From the NCBI GenBank assembly GCA_902518705.1, contig CABYHW010000004.1, forward strand, positions 4,084 through 68,083: a stretch of 64,000 nucleotides of DNA, written 5' to 3'. This DNA comes from an uncultured Alphaproteobacteria bacterium. GTDB lineage: Bacteria; Pseudomonadota; Alphaproteobacteria; HIMB59; GCA-002718135. Of this stretch, positions 28,872 to 39,210 are shown in pieces (position 1 is the first letter of the stretch; each line of letters begins with the position of its first letter). The notes below the pieces were generated by a model. The model was given only the letters and a program-made list of their open reading frames with translations. It made no database searches and had not been told where the DNA came from. The position numbers were made by a program, and so were the translations under genes.

Positions 28872-29204
28872 ATGGCAAATGAAGATCAAAATAACAATAA
28901 TAATGAGGATTTTCAAAGGGGTCTATTATTAGATACTAAACCAAAAACAAAAAAACCTTCTATGTATAATGTCCTATTATTAAATGATGATTATACTCCA
29001 ATGGAATTTGTTGTAATGGTTTTAGAAAAAATATTTAATAAAAAACAAGAAGAGGCAACGCAAATTATGCTACATGTTCATAAAAATGGTATTGGAGTAT
29101 GTGGAACATTTACGTATGAAGTAGCGGAGTCTAAATGTAAATCGGTAATGGATATGGCAAAAAAAAATGAACATCCCTTACAATGTACAATGGAAAAAAG
29201 TTAA
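28872..29204 (+). CDS. clpS: ATP-dependent Clp protease adaptor ClpS
   Basis: 110 aa. [24 protein letters not shown] and [11 protein letters not shown] are typical ClpS blocks. Confidence 0.9.
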   Translation: MANEDQNNNNNEDFQRGLLLDTKPKTKKPSMYNVLLLNDDYTPMEFVVMVLEKIFNKKQEEATQIMLHVHKNGIGVCGTFTYEVAESKCKSVMDMAKKNEHPLQCTMEKS

Positions 29205-31477
29205 TGCTGTCACAAAATTTAGAAAAAACATTAAGAGAAGCATATCAATTAGCAACGAACTATAAGCATGAGTATGTAACTTTAGAGCACTTATTATTTT
29301 CTCTTTTGGAAGACCAAGATGCAATTAGTGTTCTTAAGGCGTGCGCAGTAGATATTTCAAATTTAAAAGAAAGTGTTGAGAAATTTATTATTAATGATTT
29401 AGAAAATCTTAAAGAGAACTTTACTGGAGAGCCAAAATTAACAAATGGTTTTCAAAGAGTTTTACAAAGAGCTGCTATTCACGTGCAATCGAGTGGGAGA
29501 GAGAGTGTTACAGGAGCTAACATGATTGTAGCTTTATTTTCTGAGAAAGAAAGCCATGCAGTATATTTTCTTCATCAACAAAATATGAGCAGATTAGATG
29601 CTGTTCAATATATTTCACATGGTATTTCTAAAGCTAACGAAAGTTTTGAAAATGAAGAATTTGTAGATAGTCAAACAAATGATGATAATACACAACAAAA
29701 ACCCAAAAGTGCTTTAGGTCAATTTTGTATAAATCTTAATGAGAGATCAAAAGATGGTAAAATTGATAAGCTCATTGGTCGAAACAAAGAATTAGATAGA
29801 ACAATTCAAATTTTATGTAGAAGACAAAAAAATAATCCTTTATTCGTTGGTGACCCAGGTGTTGGAAAAACAGCAATTGCTGAAGGTTTAGCAAAAAGAA
29901 TTACAGAAAAGAAAGTACCTAAAATTATGGAGGATGCTGTAATTTATTCTTTAGATATGGGAGCATTACTTGCAGGCACTAGATACAGAGGTGATTTTGA
30001 AGAAAGATTGAAAGCAGTTCTTAAAGAATTACAAAAGAAAGATAAAGCTGTTCTATTTATTGACGAAATACATACAGTTATTGGGGCAGGAGCAACGAGT
30101 GGAGGCTCAATGGATGCAAGTAATTTATTAAAACCATCTCTAGGAAATGGCACTCTTAAATGTATTGGATCAACAACTTACAAGGAATTTAAAAATTATT
30201 TTGAAAAAGATAGAGCTTTAGTAAGAAGGTTCCAAAAAATTGATGTTAAGGAACCATCAAAAGATGAGACTGTTAAAATTCTTGAGGGCTTAAAAACGTA
30301 CTATGAAGAACACCATAATATTAAATATTCACCAGAAGCAATTATTAGTGCAGTTGAGTTATCGAATAAATATATAGGTGATAGAAAGCTTCCAGATAAA
30401 GCTATTGATGTTATCGATGAAGCAGGAGCCTCTCAATATTTATTACCAGAAGAAAAGAGAAAAAAAATTATTCTTTCGAAAGATATTGAAGCAGTAGTTG
30501 CTTTAATGGCTAGAATTCCAACAAAATCTGTTAATCAAAGTGATAAGAACAGTTTAAAAAATTTAGAAAGAGATTTGAAAAATTTCGTCTTTGGTCAAGA
30601 CAACGCCATCGAAGAATTATCATCTTCCATTAAGTTGGCAAGAGCAGGACTAAGAGAAGATGGAAAGCCAATTGGCTCATATCTATTTTCTGGGCCTACA
30701 GGAGTAGGGAAGACTGAGGTAGCTAAACAATTAAGTAATACACTTGGTATTAAACTTCTTAGATTTGATATGTCAGAATATATGGAGCGTCATACAGTGA
30801 GCAGACTTATTGGAGCCCCTCCTGGTTACGTAGGTTTCGACCAAGGTGGATTATTAACTGATGGAGTCGATCAAAATCCTCATTGTGTATTGCTTTTGGA
30901 TGAAATTGAAAAAGCCCACTATGATTTATTCAACATTCTTTTACAAGTAATGGATTATGGAAAACTAACCGATCACAATGGTAAGACGATAGATTTCAGA
31001 AACGTTATATTAATTATGACAACTAATGCCGGTGCAATTGATGTATCTAAAAACAAAATTGGTTTTAATGCAAAAAGATCTAACGATGATAGTAGTGATG
31101 CAATAAATAGAATTTTTTCACCAGAATTTAGAAATCGTATCGACTCAATTATTCATTTTAATCATTTATCTAAAAATATTGTACTTTCGATAGTAGATAA
31201 ATTTATTATAGAAATTGAAGCACAACTCGAAGATAAAGGAGTTTCATTATCAATTAATAAAGAAGCAAAAGAATTTTTAGCTGAAGAGGGTTATGATGAA
31301 GTATACGGTGCTAGAGAATTAGGCAGAGTCATACAAGAAAAAGTTAAAAAACCGATGGCTGAAGAACTTATCTTTGGTAAACTAGCTAAAGGTGGACATG
31401 TTGAAATTACATGTAAAGATAAAAAAATTAACTTTGAATTTTCTAATAAACAAGAAGTAAAAAAAGAATTAGCCTAA
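29204..31477 (+). CDS. clpA: ATP-dependent Clp protease ATP-binding subunit ClpA
   Basis: ORF from 29183. Preferred ATG is 29204, overlapping the clpS stop (TAATG). Clp N-domain and two AAA+ modules (GDPGVGKTA, GPTGVGKTE). Confidence 0.9.
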   Translation: MLSQNLEKTLREAYQLATNYKHEYVTLEHLLFSLLEDQDAISVLKACAVDISNLKESVEKFIINDLENLKENFTGEPKLTNGFQRVLQRAAIHVQSSGRESVTGANMIVALFSEKESHAVYFLHQQNMSRLDAVQYISHGISKANESFENEEFVDSQTNDDNTQQKPKSALGQFCINLNERSKDGKIDKLIGRNKELDRTIQILCRRQKNNPLFVGDPGVGKTAIAEGLAKRITEKKVPKIMEDAVIYSLDMGALLAGTRYRGDFEERLKAVLKELQKKDKAVLFIDEIHTVIGAGATSGGSMDASNLLKPSLGNGTLKCIGSTTYKEFKNYFEKDRALVRRFQKIDVKEPSKDETVKILEGLKTYYEEHHNIKYSPEAIISAVELSNKYIGDRKLPDKAIDVIDEAGASQYLLPEEKRKKIILSKDIEAVVALMARIPTKSVNQSDKNSLKNLERDLKNFVFGQDNAIEELSSSIKLARAGLREDGKPIGSYLFSGPTGVGKTEVAKQLSNTLGIKLLRFDMSEYMERHTVSRLIGAPPGYVGFDQGGLLTDGVDQNPHCVLLLDEIEKAHYDLFNILLQVMDYGKLTDHNGKTIDFRNVILIMTTNAGAIDVSKNKIGFNAKRSNDDSSDAINRIFSPEFRNRIDSIIHFNHLSKNIVLSIVDKFIIEIEAQLEDKGVSLSINKEAKEFLAEEGYDEVYGARELGRVIQEKVKKPMAEELIFGKLAKGGHVEITCKDKKINFEFSNKQEVKKELA

Positions 31478-32607
31478 TTTTTGAAAGGAAGATAATCTTC
31501 TAATTTTTCTTTTTGATTGTCAATGAGTTGACTTTCGTTATCCAGAAAATTTTGAATAGCTTTACTAAATTCTTGATCTTTAATCCAGTGAGCACTCCAT
31601 GTTTTTGTAGGGGCATAACCTCTTTGTAATTTATGCTCACCTTGAGCACCTGCCTCTACAATTTGAATCTTATTTTGAATTGCGTATTCAATTGCTTGAT
31701 AATAACAGAGTTCAAAATGTAAAAATGGTACTTCATATTTTGATCCCCATAATCGTCCATACAAATGAGTTTTACTTAGAAAATTAATTGCAGAAGCAAC
31801 CATTTTATCTTCTTGATAAGCCATTATAAGCAATATTTTATTTTTAAAATTCTGTAATATATCAAAGAAAAATTCTTTAGTTAAATAAGTAGAACCCCAT
31901 TTTCTACCTGTTGTATCTAAATAACAATCGTAAAAAAAATTTATATGCTCTTCTTTAATATCATCTCCATTAAGTAATTTTACAGTTAAATTATTCTTTT
32001 CAATACATTGTCTTTCTCGTCTAATAATTTTTCTTTTTCTTGAGGATAAGTCTTTTAAGAATTCATTAAAATTTTTGTATTCATTATTGTTCCAATGAAA
32101 TTGTATTCCTGATCTAACCATAATATTATCAATACCATTCCAATTTGATGCATCATTGATAAAATTAAAATGGAGAGAAGAAACATTTATTTTTTTTGCC
32201 TCTTGTATAATATTATTAATTACCTGAACTTGCTTTCCTTTTTTATCTTTTACTGATTTGTTTAAAACAATTCTATCACCAGTTACTGGTGTAAACGGTA
32301 TAGCAGATTGAAGTTTGGGATAATAGTTTATTCCATATCGATGATAAGCATCAGCCCAAGAATGATCAAAAATATATTCTCCAAAAGAATGGTTCTTTAT
32401 ATAAAGAGGACATAATGAGATAATTTTATCATTTTCTTGTTCAATATAATGATATGGCTGCCAACCTGTTTTGGTATTTGCACTATTACTTTTTTCTAAA
32501 GCGTGTAGAAATTCATATTGTAAGAATGGATGATCATTTCCAACACATTCATTCCATTCAGAACTTTTGATGTTAGTGAGCGAAGAGCAAAAAAAATGTT
32601 CACTCAT
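31474..32607 (-). CDS. FemAB-like/GNAT-fold protein (COG3146-type, function unknown)
   Basis: 377 aa. N-terminal W..CV....PFLQYEFL.ALE.S and C-terminal GAQGEHKLQRGY blocks, as in the conserved alphaproteobacterial FemAB-like family. Confidence 0.55.
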   Translation of the reverse strand: MSEHFFCSSLTNIKSSEWNECVGNDHPFLQYEFLHALEKSNSANTKTGWQPYHYIEQENDKIISLCPLYIKNHSFGEYIFDHSWADAYHRYGINYYPKLQSAIPFTPVTGDRIVLNKSVKDKKGKQVQVINNIIQEAKKINVSSLHFNFINDASNWNGIDNIMVRSGIQFHWNNNEYKNFNEFLKDLSSRKRKIIRRERQCIEKNNLTVKLLNGDDIKEEHINFFYDCYLDTTGRKWGSTYLTKEFFFDILQNFKNKILLIMAYQEDKMVASAINFLSKTHLYGRLWGSKYEVPFLHFELCYYQAIEYAIQNKIQIVEAGAQGEHKLQRGYAPTKTWSAHWIKDQEFSKAIQNFLDNESQLIDNQKEKLEDYLPFKN

Positions 32608-32617
32608 TTTGAGTATG

Positions 32618-33082
32618 CTATTTAATTTTAATTATTGCGTCTATTTCAACAGAAATATTGAGTGGAAGAGCATTTGATCCAACTGCGAACCGGGCATGTC
32701 TTCCTTTATCACCAAATATACTAACTAATAAATCTGATGCTCCATTTATGATTTTAGGTTGATCAGTAAAGTTATCTTTACAATTAACAAAACCCCCAAG
32801 TTTCAAAAAGGTGTCTAATCTATCCCAATCTCCATTTATTGATGTTTTTAGAGCTGCGATAATGTTAATGCAGCAAATTTCAGCGGCTTTTATTCCTTCA
32901 TCTTCAGAAATATCTACACCAACTTTTCCACTATACAAAATTTTACCATCTATTACAGGTCCTTGACCTGATACATAAACGGTACTATCTGAAACTTTAT
33001 AAGGAACGTAATTTGCAAGTGGTGTTGGCATATCAGGAATATTTAAATCTAATTTCTTGATATTTTCTTCAAAGATGTGCAT
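32618..33082 (-). CDS. RidA/YjgF-family protein
   Basis: ORF 32618-33124; the internal ATG at 33082 (MHIFEEN) is the likely start. GQGP, GVDISEDEGIKAAE and ARFAVGSNALPLNISVEIDAI fit the YjgF/RidA fold. Confidence 0.7.
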   Translation of the reverse strand: MHIFEENIKKLDLNIPDMPTPLANYVPYKVSDSTVYVSGQGPVIDGKILYSGKVGVDISEDEGIKAAEICCINIIAALKTSINGDWDRLDTFLKLGGFVNCKDNFTDQPKIINGASDLLVSIFGDKGRHARFAVGSNALPLNISVEIDAIIKIK

Positions 33083-33105
33083 TACATATATATAAAACAA
33101 TTTGG

Positions 33106-33693
33106 GTGAAGGTAAAGAAAACAAATATGATTAAATTTAAAAAACTATTTATTTTCATCTTCATTTTCTCAATATTTTTAAAAGGAGAGATTTTAATGGC
33201 TGATGAAAAAAAAGATATTATCCATATGACACTTAAAGATGGAATTGTTGTAATAGAGACAAAACCAGATGTAGCGCCAAAACATGTTAAACAAATCAAG
33301 CAACTTATAGAAGAAGGACAGTATGATGGGGTTGTTTTTCATAGAGTTATAGATGGGTTTATGGCTCAGACAGGAGATGTAGAATTTGGGAATTCAAGTA
33401 ATGATAGTTTTAACTTATCAAGGGCTGGTACAGGTGGATCAAAACTTCCTGATATAGAGGCTGAATTTTCATCAGAAAACCATGGAAGAGGAGCCGTGTC
33501 AATGGCAAGAGCACAAAACCCAAATAGTGCTAACAGTCAATTTTTTATTTGTTTTAATGACTGCTCTTTTCTAGATGGTCAATATACTGTTTGGGCTCAA
33601 GTTACCGAAGGTATGGAATATGTAGATAATATCACAAGAGGTGAACCACCTGCAGATCCAGATAAAATAATTAAAATGGAGATTATTAAATAA
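33106..33693 (+). CDS. Cyclophilin-type peptidyl-prolyl cis-trans isomerase (periplasmic)
   Basis: 195 aa. Signal peptide, FHRVIDGFMAQTGD, GAVSMARAQNPNSANSQFFI. Start may be the ATG at 33127. Confidence 0.85.
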   Translation: MKVKKTNMIKFKKLFIFIFIFSIFLKGEILMADEKKDIIHMTLKDGIVVIETKPDVAPKHVKQIKQLIEEGQYDGVVFHRVIDGFMAQTGDVEFGNSSNDSFNLSRAGTGGSKLPDIEAEFSSENHGRGAVSMARAQNPNSANSQFFICFNDCSFLDGQYTVWAQVTEGMEYVDNITRGEPPADPDKIIKMEIIK

Positions 33694-33697
33694 TTAA

Positions 33698-34780
33698 ATG
33701 TTTGTAGCTGACTTGCATAATGATCTTGTGCAAAGAGTTATCGAAGGTGAAGATGTTACAAAACTTACATCCTATGGGCATACGGACATACCAAGATTAT
33801 TAAAATCTGAAATTGATTTAGAAATTTTAATTATTTGGGTCTCAAGTAATTCTAAAGAACCAAATTTTTTTAAAAGAGCTGATAAAATGTATGATGAGAT
33901 TGAAAGAATTTCATCACACGAAGAAATTGTCATTCCAAAAAAACTCTCAGACATAAATGAGGCGATTAATAACAATAAGTTAATGCTTCCCATTTCAATG
34001 GAAGGTGGAGAAGGTTTAGAAAATGATATTAATAATTTATATCATTTTATTGAAAGAGGTCTTTTCTATTTTGGTCCAACTTGGAATCATTCTTTGGATT
34101 GGGTTTCATCAAATTATGATGAGACATACAATTCTTCAAAACTTAAAAGTCATGGTTTAAACGACTTTGGGAAAGAAGTTATTTCTATTTGCCAAGATAA
34201 CAATGTGCTAGTTGATGTTTCACATATTGGAGAGAAAAGTTTTTGGGATATTGCATCAATAAGTACCAAACCTTTTATAGCCTCACATTCTAGCGTATAT
34301 AATTTGTGTCCTCATTTTCGTAATTTAAAAGATGATCAGATTGAAGCAATCAAAAAAGTAAAAGGTTTGATTGGCCTTAATCCGTATCCTTTTTTTATTG
34401 ATAAATCTTTTAAAGAAAGAGAAACTAAACAAAGAAAAAAATATCTTGATGAATTAAATTCTATTGAAAGAAAATATTCTAACAAAACTTCTCAGTGGAT
34501 AGCAAAACAACATTTTCTTCAAAAAAAATTAGCAAATATATGTCCAAGTATAGAAGTATTTGTTGATCATATTGAGTATGTAATTAATAAAATAGGTATT
34601 GATTATGTCGGAGTAGGTAGTGATTATGATGGTCTTGATTGTTTGCCAAATAAATGGAATGATTGTTTAAATCACATGATAATTCAAGAAAGTTTAGAAA
34701 AAAGAGGATATAAAAATACTGAAATTGAAAAAATTATGGGAAAAAATATTTTAAGAGTTTTAGAAGAAATCGATAATTAA
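33698..34780 (+). CDS. Membrane (renal-type, M19) dipeptidase family protein
   Basis: 360 aa. ADLHNDL at the N-terminus, VDVSHIGEKSFWD, ASHSS, VGVGSDYDG. Confidence 0.8.
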   Translation: MFVADLHNDLVQRVIEGEDVTKLTSYGHTDIPRLLKSEIDLEILIIWVSSNSKEPNFFKRADKMYDEIERISSHEEIVIPKKLSDINEAINNNKLMLPISMEGGEGLENDINNLYHFIERGLFYFGPTWNHSLDWVSSNYDETYNSSKLKSHGLNDFGKEVISICQDNNVLVDVSHIGEKSFWDIASISTKPFIASHSSVYNLCPHFRNLKDDQIEAIKKVKGLIGLNPYPFFIDKSFKERETKQRKKYLDELNSIERKYSNKTSQWIAKQHFLQKKLANICPSIEVFVDHIEYVINKIGIDYVGVGSDYDGLDCLPNKWNDCLNHMIIQESLEKRGYKNTEIEKIMGKNILRVLEEIDN

Positions 34781-35368
34781 CAAAACACCAACTAAGACTA
34801 AAATTAATCCTGATATTTTTTGAATAATATGTTTTCTTCTTTGGAAAAAATCACCCATTCCATAACTTGTTACTACAACTGTAACTATAATATACCAAAT
34901 TCCATCTATTACAGATGCAGTAATGACAAGAATTGAGTGCGAAAAAAAGGAAGCATCAATTTTTACAAATTGTGAAAATACTGCTGAAAACCATATTAGA
35001 ATTTTAGGATTTAAAATTGCTATAGAAAAACCTTGAAAGAATGAATTAAAATTATTTTGATTATTTGTATGTTCAATTACTTGATTTTTTTTGAAAAGAA
35101 ATTGGAAGCCTATAAATAATAAAAATAGAATTCCAATAATTTGTATAAATTGAAATAGTATTTCATTTGTTGTTAAAATAATTATTAGTCCAGTTACAGC
35201 AAAAATTGCATACACACCCATACCAATACCGTGACCAATAGAGGTCAGAATGCCAGCAAATCTATTAACTGTAATACTGTTTCTGATAATTAATGCCAAA
35301 CTAGGTCCAGGAGACATTGCTCCAGCAATACATACAAAGGCAAATTGAAACCAAAAGATAAAAGTCAT
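34760..35368 (-). CDS. LysE/RhtB-family amino-acid efflux protein
   Basis: 202 aa, 5-6 TM, N-terminal GAMSPGPSLALII motif. 21-nt convergent overlap with the dipeptidase gene. Confidence 0.75.
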   Translation of the reverse strand: MTFIFWFQFAFVCIAGAMSPGPSLALIIRNSITVNRFAGILTSIGHGIGMGVYAIFAVTGLIIILTTNEILFQFIQIIGILFLLFIGFQFLFKKNQVIEHTNNQNNFNSFFQGFSIAILNPKILIWFSAVFSQFVKIDASFFSHSILVITASVIDGIWYIIVTVVVTSYGMGDFFQRRKHIIQKISGLILVLVGVLLIIDFF

Positions 35369-36103
35369 TTAATTTTTTGTTAGAGATAAATATTTTTTAA
35401 TTGTTTTTTCTAAACCAAATTCAAAGGTATCACAGATCAGAGCATGACCTATTGAAACTTCTTCGATATCAATAATATTTTCTAAGAAAAATTTTAAATT
35501 TTCCAAATTTAAATCATGGCCTGCATTTAATTTAATTTCAGGAAATTCTTTTTTTAAAAATGTTGATACATCTATATAGGACTTTATGGCAGTATTTTTA
35601 TTCTCTATAAAATTATGAGCATAATCGTATGTATAAAGTTCAACTCTATCAGTTTGTATAACTTCTAAATTTTCAAGAGTTTTAATCGATGGATTTATAA
35701 AAATTGAAACACGAATTTTATTTTTTTTAAATTCACTAACAATATCTTGAAGAAATTCTTTGTTTTCATGACAATCCCAACCAAATGAAGAGGTTAATGC
35801 ACCAGGTGGATCTGGTACTAAGGTGACTTGATCTGGTTTAACCTCAATTACTTTTTTAACAAAAAAATCTGAAGGATATCCTTCTATATTAAATTCTTTA
35901 TTTTCAAATTTTCCCAATAAATTTTTTAATGGTTCTAGGTCAGAAAATTTTGCATGTCTTTCATCTGGACGTGGATGGACCGTAATACCATCTGCACCAT
36001 AGTTTAAGCATTTATCACTAATATCAATCAAGTTTGGTAAGTCAGCACCTCTTGCATTTCTTACTAAAGCAAACTTGTTTACATTAACACTTAAGGCTGT
36101 CAT
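35369..36103 (-). CDS. pdxJ: Pyridoxine 5'-phosphate synthase
   Basis: 244 aa. LSVNVNKFALVRNARG, ITVHPRPDERH, LNAGHDLNL, EVSIGHALI. Confidence 0.9.
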   Translation of the reverse strand: MTALSVNVNKFALVRNARGADLPNLIDISDKCLNYGADGITVHPRPDERHAKFSDLEPLKNLLGKFENKEFNIEGYPSDFFVKKVIEVKPDQVTLVPDPPGALTSSFGWDCHENKEFLQDIVSEFKKNKIRVSIFINPSIKTLENLEVIQTDRVELYTYDYAHNFIENKNTAIKSYIDVSTFLKKEFPEIKLNAGHDLNLENLKFFLENIIDIEEVSIGHALICDTFEFGLEKTIKKYLSLTKN

Positions 36104-36113
36104 ATTTTTTAAA

Positions 36114-36770
36114 TTATATAACCTTCCCGTATGTTTTAATCATCCAATCATTTACTTTTGGATGTTTATAAATTTCATTTCTCATCTTTTTTAAATTTTT
36201 ATATGGCTCTAATATATTTGTTGGAACTCCATCAATAATCCCTGACTCAAACCAACCTAGTAATCTCCATATAGCTAAATCTGCTATAGAGATGTTTTCA
36301 CCAACAAAAAATAAAGAGTTATCATTTTCTTTAATTAAGTTTTCTAGAAAATTAAAATATTTTGGTAGATGTTTGGTGGCTAAGATTTTTCTAGCTAGTT
36401 TTAATTTTTCCTTTTCTTTATCTCTGCTTGATAATGTAAATAAATAATTAATGTCTTGAGCGACTTCAATTACTTGATCTATGCGAGCTGCTGCAAGATC
36501 ATCATCTTTTGGATACAATCCTGATAACTTGCCACAAAATCTTGCAATTGCACCTGTTTGAGCAAAAATTTTACCATCTACATCTAGAACTGGAAGTTGT
36601 CTAAAGGGAGCTATTTTTTTATTGGGAAGAATCCCTGAATTTTTAAAATTATCTCTATCTTTTCCTTCTATTATATAATTATTAAAAGGAATATCGCCAA
36701 TATACAAAGCTAATCTTGTCATTTCAGCGCGCCAAAAAGCTATTTTAAAATAATATAATGTGATTTCCAT
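36114..36770 (-). CDS. Glutathione S-transferase (Sigma/Pi-like soluble GST)
   Basis: 218 aa. FRQLPVLDVDGKIFAQTGAIARF G-site block and a C-terminal helical domain. Confidence 0.75.
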   Translation of the reverse strand: MEITLYYFKIAFWRAEMTRLALYIGDIPFNNYIIEGKDRDNFKNSGILPNKKIAPFRQLPVLDVDGKIFAQTGAIARFCGKLSGLYPKDDDLAAARIDQVIEVAQDINYLFTLSSRDKEKEKLKLARKILATKHLPKYFNFLENLIKENDNSLFFVGENISIADLAIWRLLGWFESGIIDGVPTNILEPYKNLKKMRNEIYKHPKVNDWMIKTYGKVI

Positions 36771-36805
36771 GTTGATTATTTAATTTTATTACATGATACA
36801 CAGTT

Positions 36806-37207
36806 ATGTTCAAAAAAAATATAGATATTTTGATCATTATTCTAAATATTATTTTCTTTTCATACTACGCTATTCAACTTTTAATATTTACTGATGAATT
36901 TGCTATGAACAATTTAGGATTTTTTAATCATGCAGTAGCAGGTTTATCAGAAATTGTAGGAATAATATTTGTTACTTTTGTATTAGCTTACATAATTATT
37001 ATGTTCAGAGGGATAGAAAAACAACTACCATTTATTTTTTTAATATTTATTTTTCAAGTTTTAGTATCATTAAATTTCTGGAGATATGTTTTTACTAATA
37101 GTCCTGGTGAAACAAGTCTAAAAATTATTGCAACTAATGCAATTTTCTTTTCTATATTGAGTATTTTTAATTTATTTTTTATCTTTAGAAATTTCAAAAA
37201 AATTTAA
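36806..37207 (+). CDS. Hypothetical small membrane protein (4 predicted TM)
   Basis: 133 aa, strongly hydrophobic, no recognisable motif. Confidence 0.5.
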   Translation: MFKKNIDILIIILNIIFFSYYAIQLLIFTDEFAMNNLGFFNHAVAGLSEIVGIIFVTFVLAYIIIMFRGIEKQLPFIFLIFIFQVLVSLNFWRYVFTNSPGETSLKIIATNAIFFSILSIFNLFFIFRNFKKI

Positions 37208-37587
37208 CATTGATCATTTATCATTTCATTTTTTCTCATAGGCATAGAATCAATCAATTTAAATAAGCGTATAAAAATTTTTTCATTTATACTATAATCT
37301 TTAATTGAGCCGTCGTATCCGATTAACCATATTCCATACTTATTTAGAAAAGCTGGTGTTTCAAATTCCTTATTTTTGAATTTTTCATAGTATATAAATT
37401 TTAAATTTCTATCGTTTATTGAACATTTATTTTCAGAAACAAATTTTTGAGTAAAAAGAAATATTTGATCCTCCTTTTTTTCAAAGGAAATTATAACTAT
37501 TCTTTTTTCCCAATTTAAATCAGATATTTGTTTAGCCATTGTTTCAACGTTTATAAAAAATATAAATGATACAATAATATATTTCAT
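37204..37587 (-). CDS. DUF4174-like secreted protein
   Basis: 127 aa. Signal-like N-terminus, W.KRIVIISF, LIGYDGSIK and LIDSMPMRKNEM match the DUF4174 pattern. Confidence 0.6.
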   Translation of the reverse strand: MKYIIVSFIFFINVETMAKQISDLNWEKRIVIISFEKKEDQIFLFTQKFVSENKCSINDRNLKFIYYEKFKNKEFETPAFLNKYGIWLIGYDGSIKDYSINEKIFIRLFKLIDSMPMRKNEMINDQC

Positions 37588-37593
37588 TATTTA

Positions 37594-37668
37594 TGGTGCT
37601 GATACCGAGAATCGAACTTGAATCTGACCGTTACCAACGGCCTGTAATAACCATTATACTATATCAGC
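37594..37668 (-). tRNA. tRNA-Thr (anticodon GGU), CCA encoded
   Basis: Reverse complement is GCTGATATAGTATAATGGTTATTACAGGCCGTTGGTAACGGTCAGATTCAAGTTCGATTCTCGGTATCAGCACCA. It has a 7-bp acceptor stem, anticodon loop TTGGTAA and T-loop TTCGATT. One A-C mismatch in the T-stem. Confidence 0.85.
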
Positions 37669-38813
37669 TTTTTATTATTTTTATTCATTAAGAATAATAA
37701 TAATAAACCATTGATTGCCCATATTAAAGAAAGAACATACATATTAAATGTTAAGCCAAAATATTCTGCCATATACCCAACTATTACTGGTCCAAAAATA
37801 AAACCTGCAAATCCTAATGTTGCTAAATTTGATACAGTTAAATTGATTGGCTCATTAGAACTTTTGATTGCTTGTCGATAAACTACAGCAATGAAATTTG
37901 CTGTTCCAAAACCAAATAATATCATTCCTGGAATAATGAAATTAAGATTCATAGTAACAATTGATAATCCTAATATTATGCAAGAAAATAAACTAAAGTA
38001 ACCCCCAACTATTTCTTCATTTAAAATATTAATTAATTTACTTGCTAGCAATCTAGCAAAAATTTCTCCCAAATTAAAAAATAAAATAATCATCCCACCT
38101 AAATATAGGGGTGCTCCTAAATCCTTTGTGAGCCAAACAGGAGACCAATCTATAATTATACCTAAAGTTGCAAAATTCATCATTAATAAAAAACCATAAA
38201 TAAAAATGTTTCCAGAAGGCATTTTAAACTTTATATTTTTTTGAATTGGTTCAATTTCTCTTTTCATTCCAAATAATAAAATGACTAAAATATAAATAAA
38301 GAAAACTGCACCAACTAAAATAAAAGTAATTCTTGGATCTGAAATATTTTGAATAAAAAATGCAGCACTTAACGCTCCAAAAAGTGATCCTGCACTGAAA
38401 CAAGCTTGAAATAAAGGTGTAACTATTTTTGATGTTTTTTCTTCAATAATAGAAATTTGTGTTTGCATTGTTGGGAATAAGAGACCTATGGAAATTCCAA
38501 AAGGAATCCATGAAATTAAAAAAGTATCATAACTAGGGACACTTACCAAAAGTAAAGGGCAGAAAGAAAAAATAGTAATACCTAATATTATGGTTCTAGT
38601 TGTTCCAATTCTAGGAACTACAACTCTTCCCGACATTTGATTAGAAAAGAAATTAAAAATCCCAAATATAAAGATCCCAAAACCTAATTGAGATTCACTA
38701 ATATTTAATCTGTCAATATTCCAAGGAATATGTACAAAATATATTCCTATCATAAACATGAGCAAAAAAGCTACACCAAAACATGCATTTCTTTCTTTAT
38801 TAAAACTATTCAT
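37659..38813 (-). CDS. MFS transporter (paralogue 1)
   Basis: 384 aa, about 12 TM. N-terminal block PWNIDRLNISESQLGFGIFIFGIFNFFSNQMSGRVVVPRIGT is shared with the MFS at 51046-52206. The last 10 nt, including the stop, overlap the 5' end of tRNA-Thr. Confidence 0.8.
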   Translation of the reverse strand: MNSFNKERNACFGVAFLLMFMIGIYFVHIPWNIDRLNISESQLGFGIFIFGIFNFFSNQMSGRVVVPRIGTTRTIILGITIFSFCPLLLVSVPSYDTFLISWIPFGISIGLLFPTMQTQISIIEEKTSKIVTPLFQACFSAGSLFGALSAAFFIQNISDPRITFILVGAVFFIYILVILLFGMKREIEPIQKNIKFKMPSGNIFIYGFLLMMNFATLGIIIDWSPVWLTKDLGAPLYLGGMIILFFNLGEIFARLLASKLINILNEEIVGGYFSLFSCIILGLSIVTMNLNFIIPGMILFGFGTANFIAVVYRQAIKSSNEPINLTVSNLATLGFAGFIFGPVIVGYMAEYFGLTFNMYVLSLIWAINGLLLLFLMNKNNKKLI

Positions 38814-38879
38814 ATAATCTAAATTAATTTGACTTTATAATAATCAAAAATAAAACGAACTAAAAAGTCCGCATTATTT

Positions 38880-39197
38880 TTATGAGATGGTCTTTGTTTT
38901 AGCTCCTGCTATTATCGACGGTCCATCAATTACACCATGTTCTTTAGTAGTAAAGTTATCAAAGTTTTCATGAGTGGATAAAAATTCAAATATTGGACCA
39001 TTTTTATATTTTTCCAGACTATCTTCATCTTTAAAAATATAAACTCCTCCATAAACATTATCATTTTCATCACCGATGAAGTATTTAGATATTAAACCTT
39101 CAACACTACGGAAATCCATCGCATCGATGTGGGCTTGAGCTTTAAAAGCATCTACCTCAAGTCCTTTTAAATTAAAGTTTATTATTAAAATTTTCAT
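38880..39197 (-). CDS. YdhR-like dimeric alpha/beta-barrel protein (putative mono-oxygenase fold)
   Basis: 105 aa. MKILIINFNLKG, GLISKYFI and YGGVYIFKDEDSLEKY resemble the YdhR family. Confidence 0.55.
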   Translation of the reverse strand: MKILIINFNLKGLEVDAFKAQAHIDAMDFRSVEGLISKYFIGDENDNVYGGVYIFKDEDSLEKYKNGPIFEFLSTHENFDNFTTKEHGVIDGPSIIAGAKTKTIS

Positions 39198-39210
39198 TAA
39201 TTACCTCTTT

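Noticed and set aside
33069-33299. 76-aa minus-strand ORF spanning the RidA/PPIase divergent region, plus the long N-terminal extension of the RidA ORF to 33124.
   Set aside because: It overlaps the PPIase signal-peptide region on the opposite strand. The RidA family normally starts near the internal ATG (33082). No motif supports the extra ORF.
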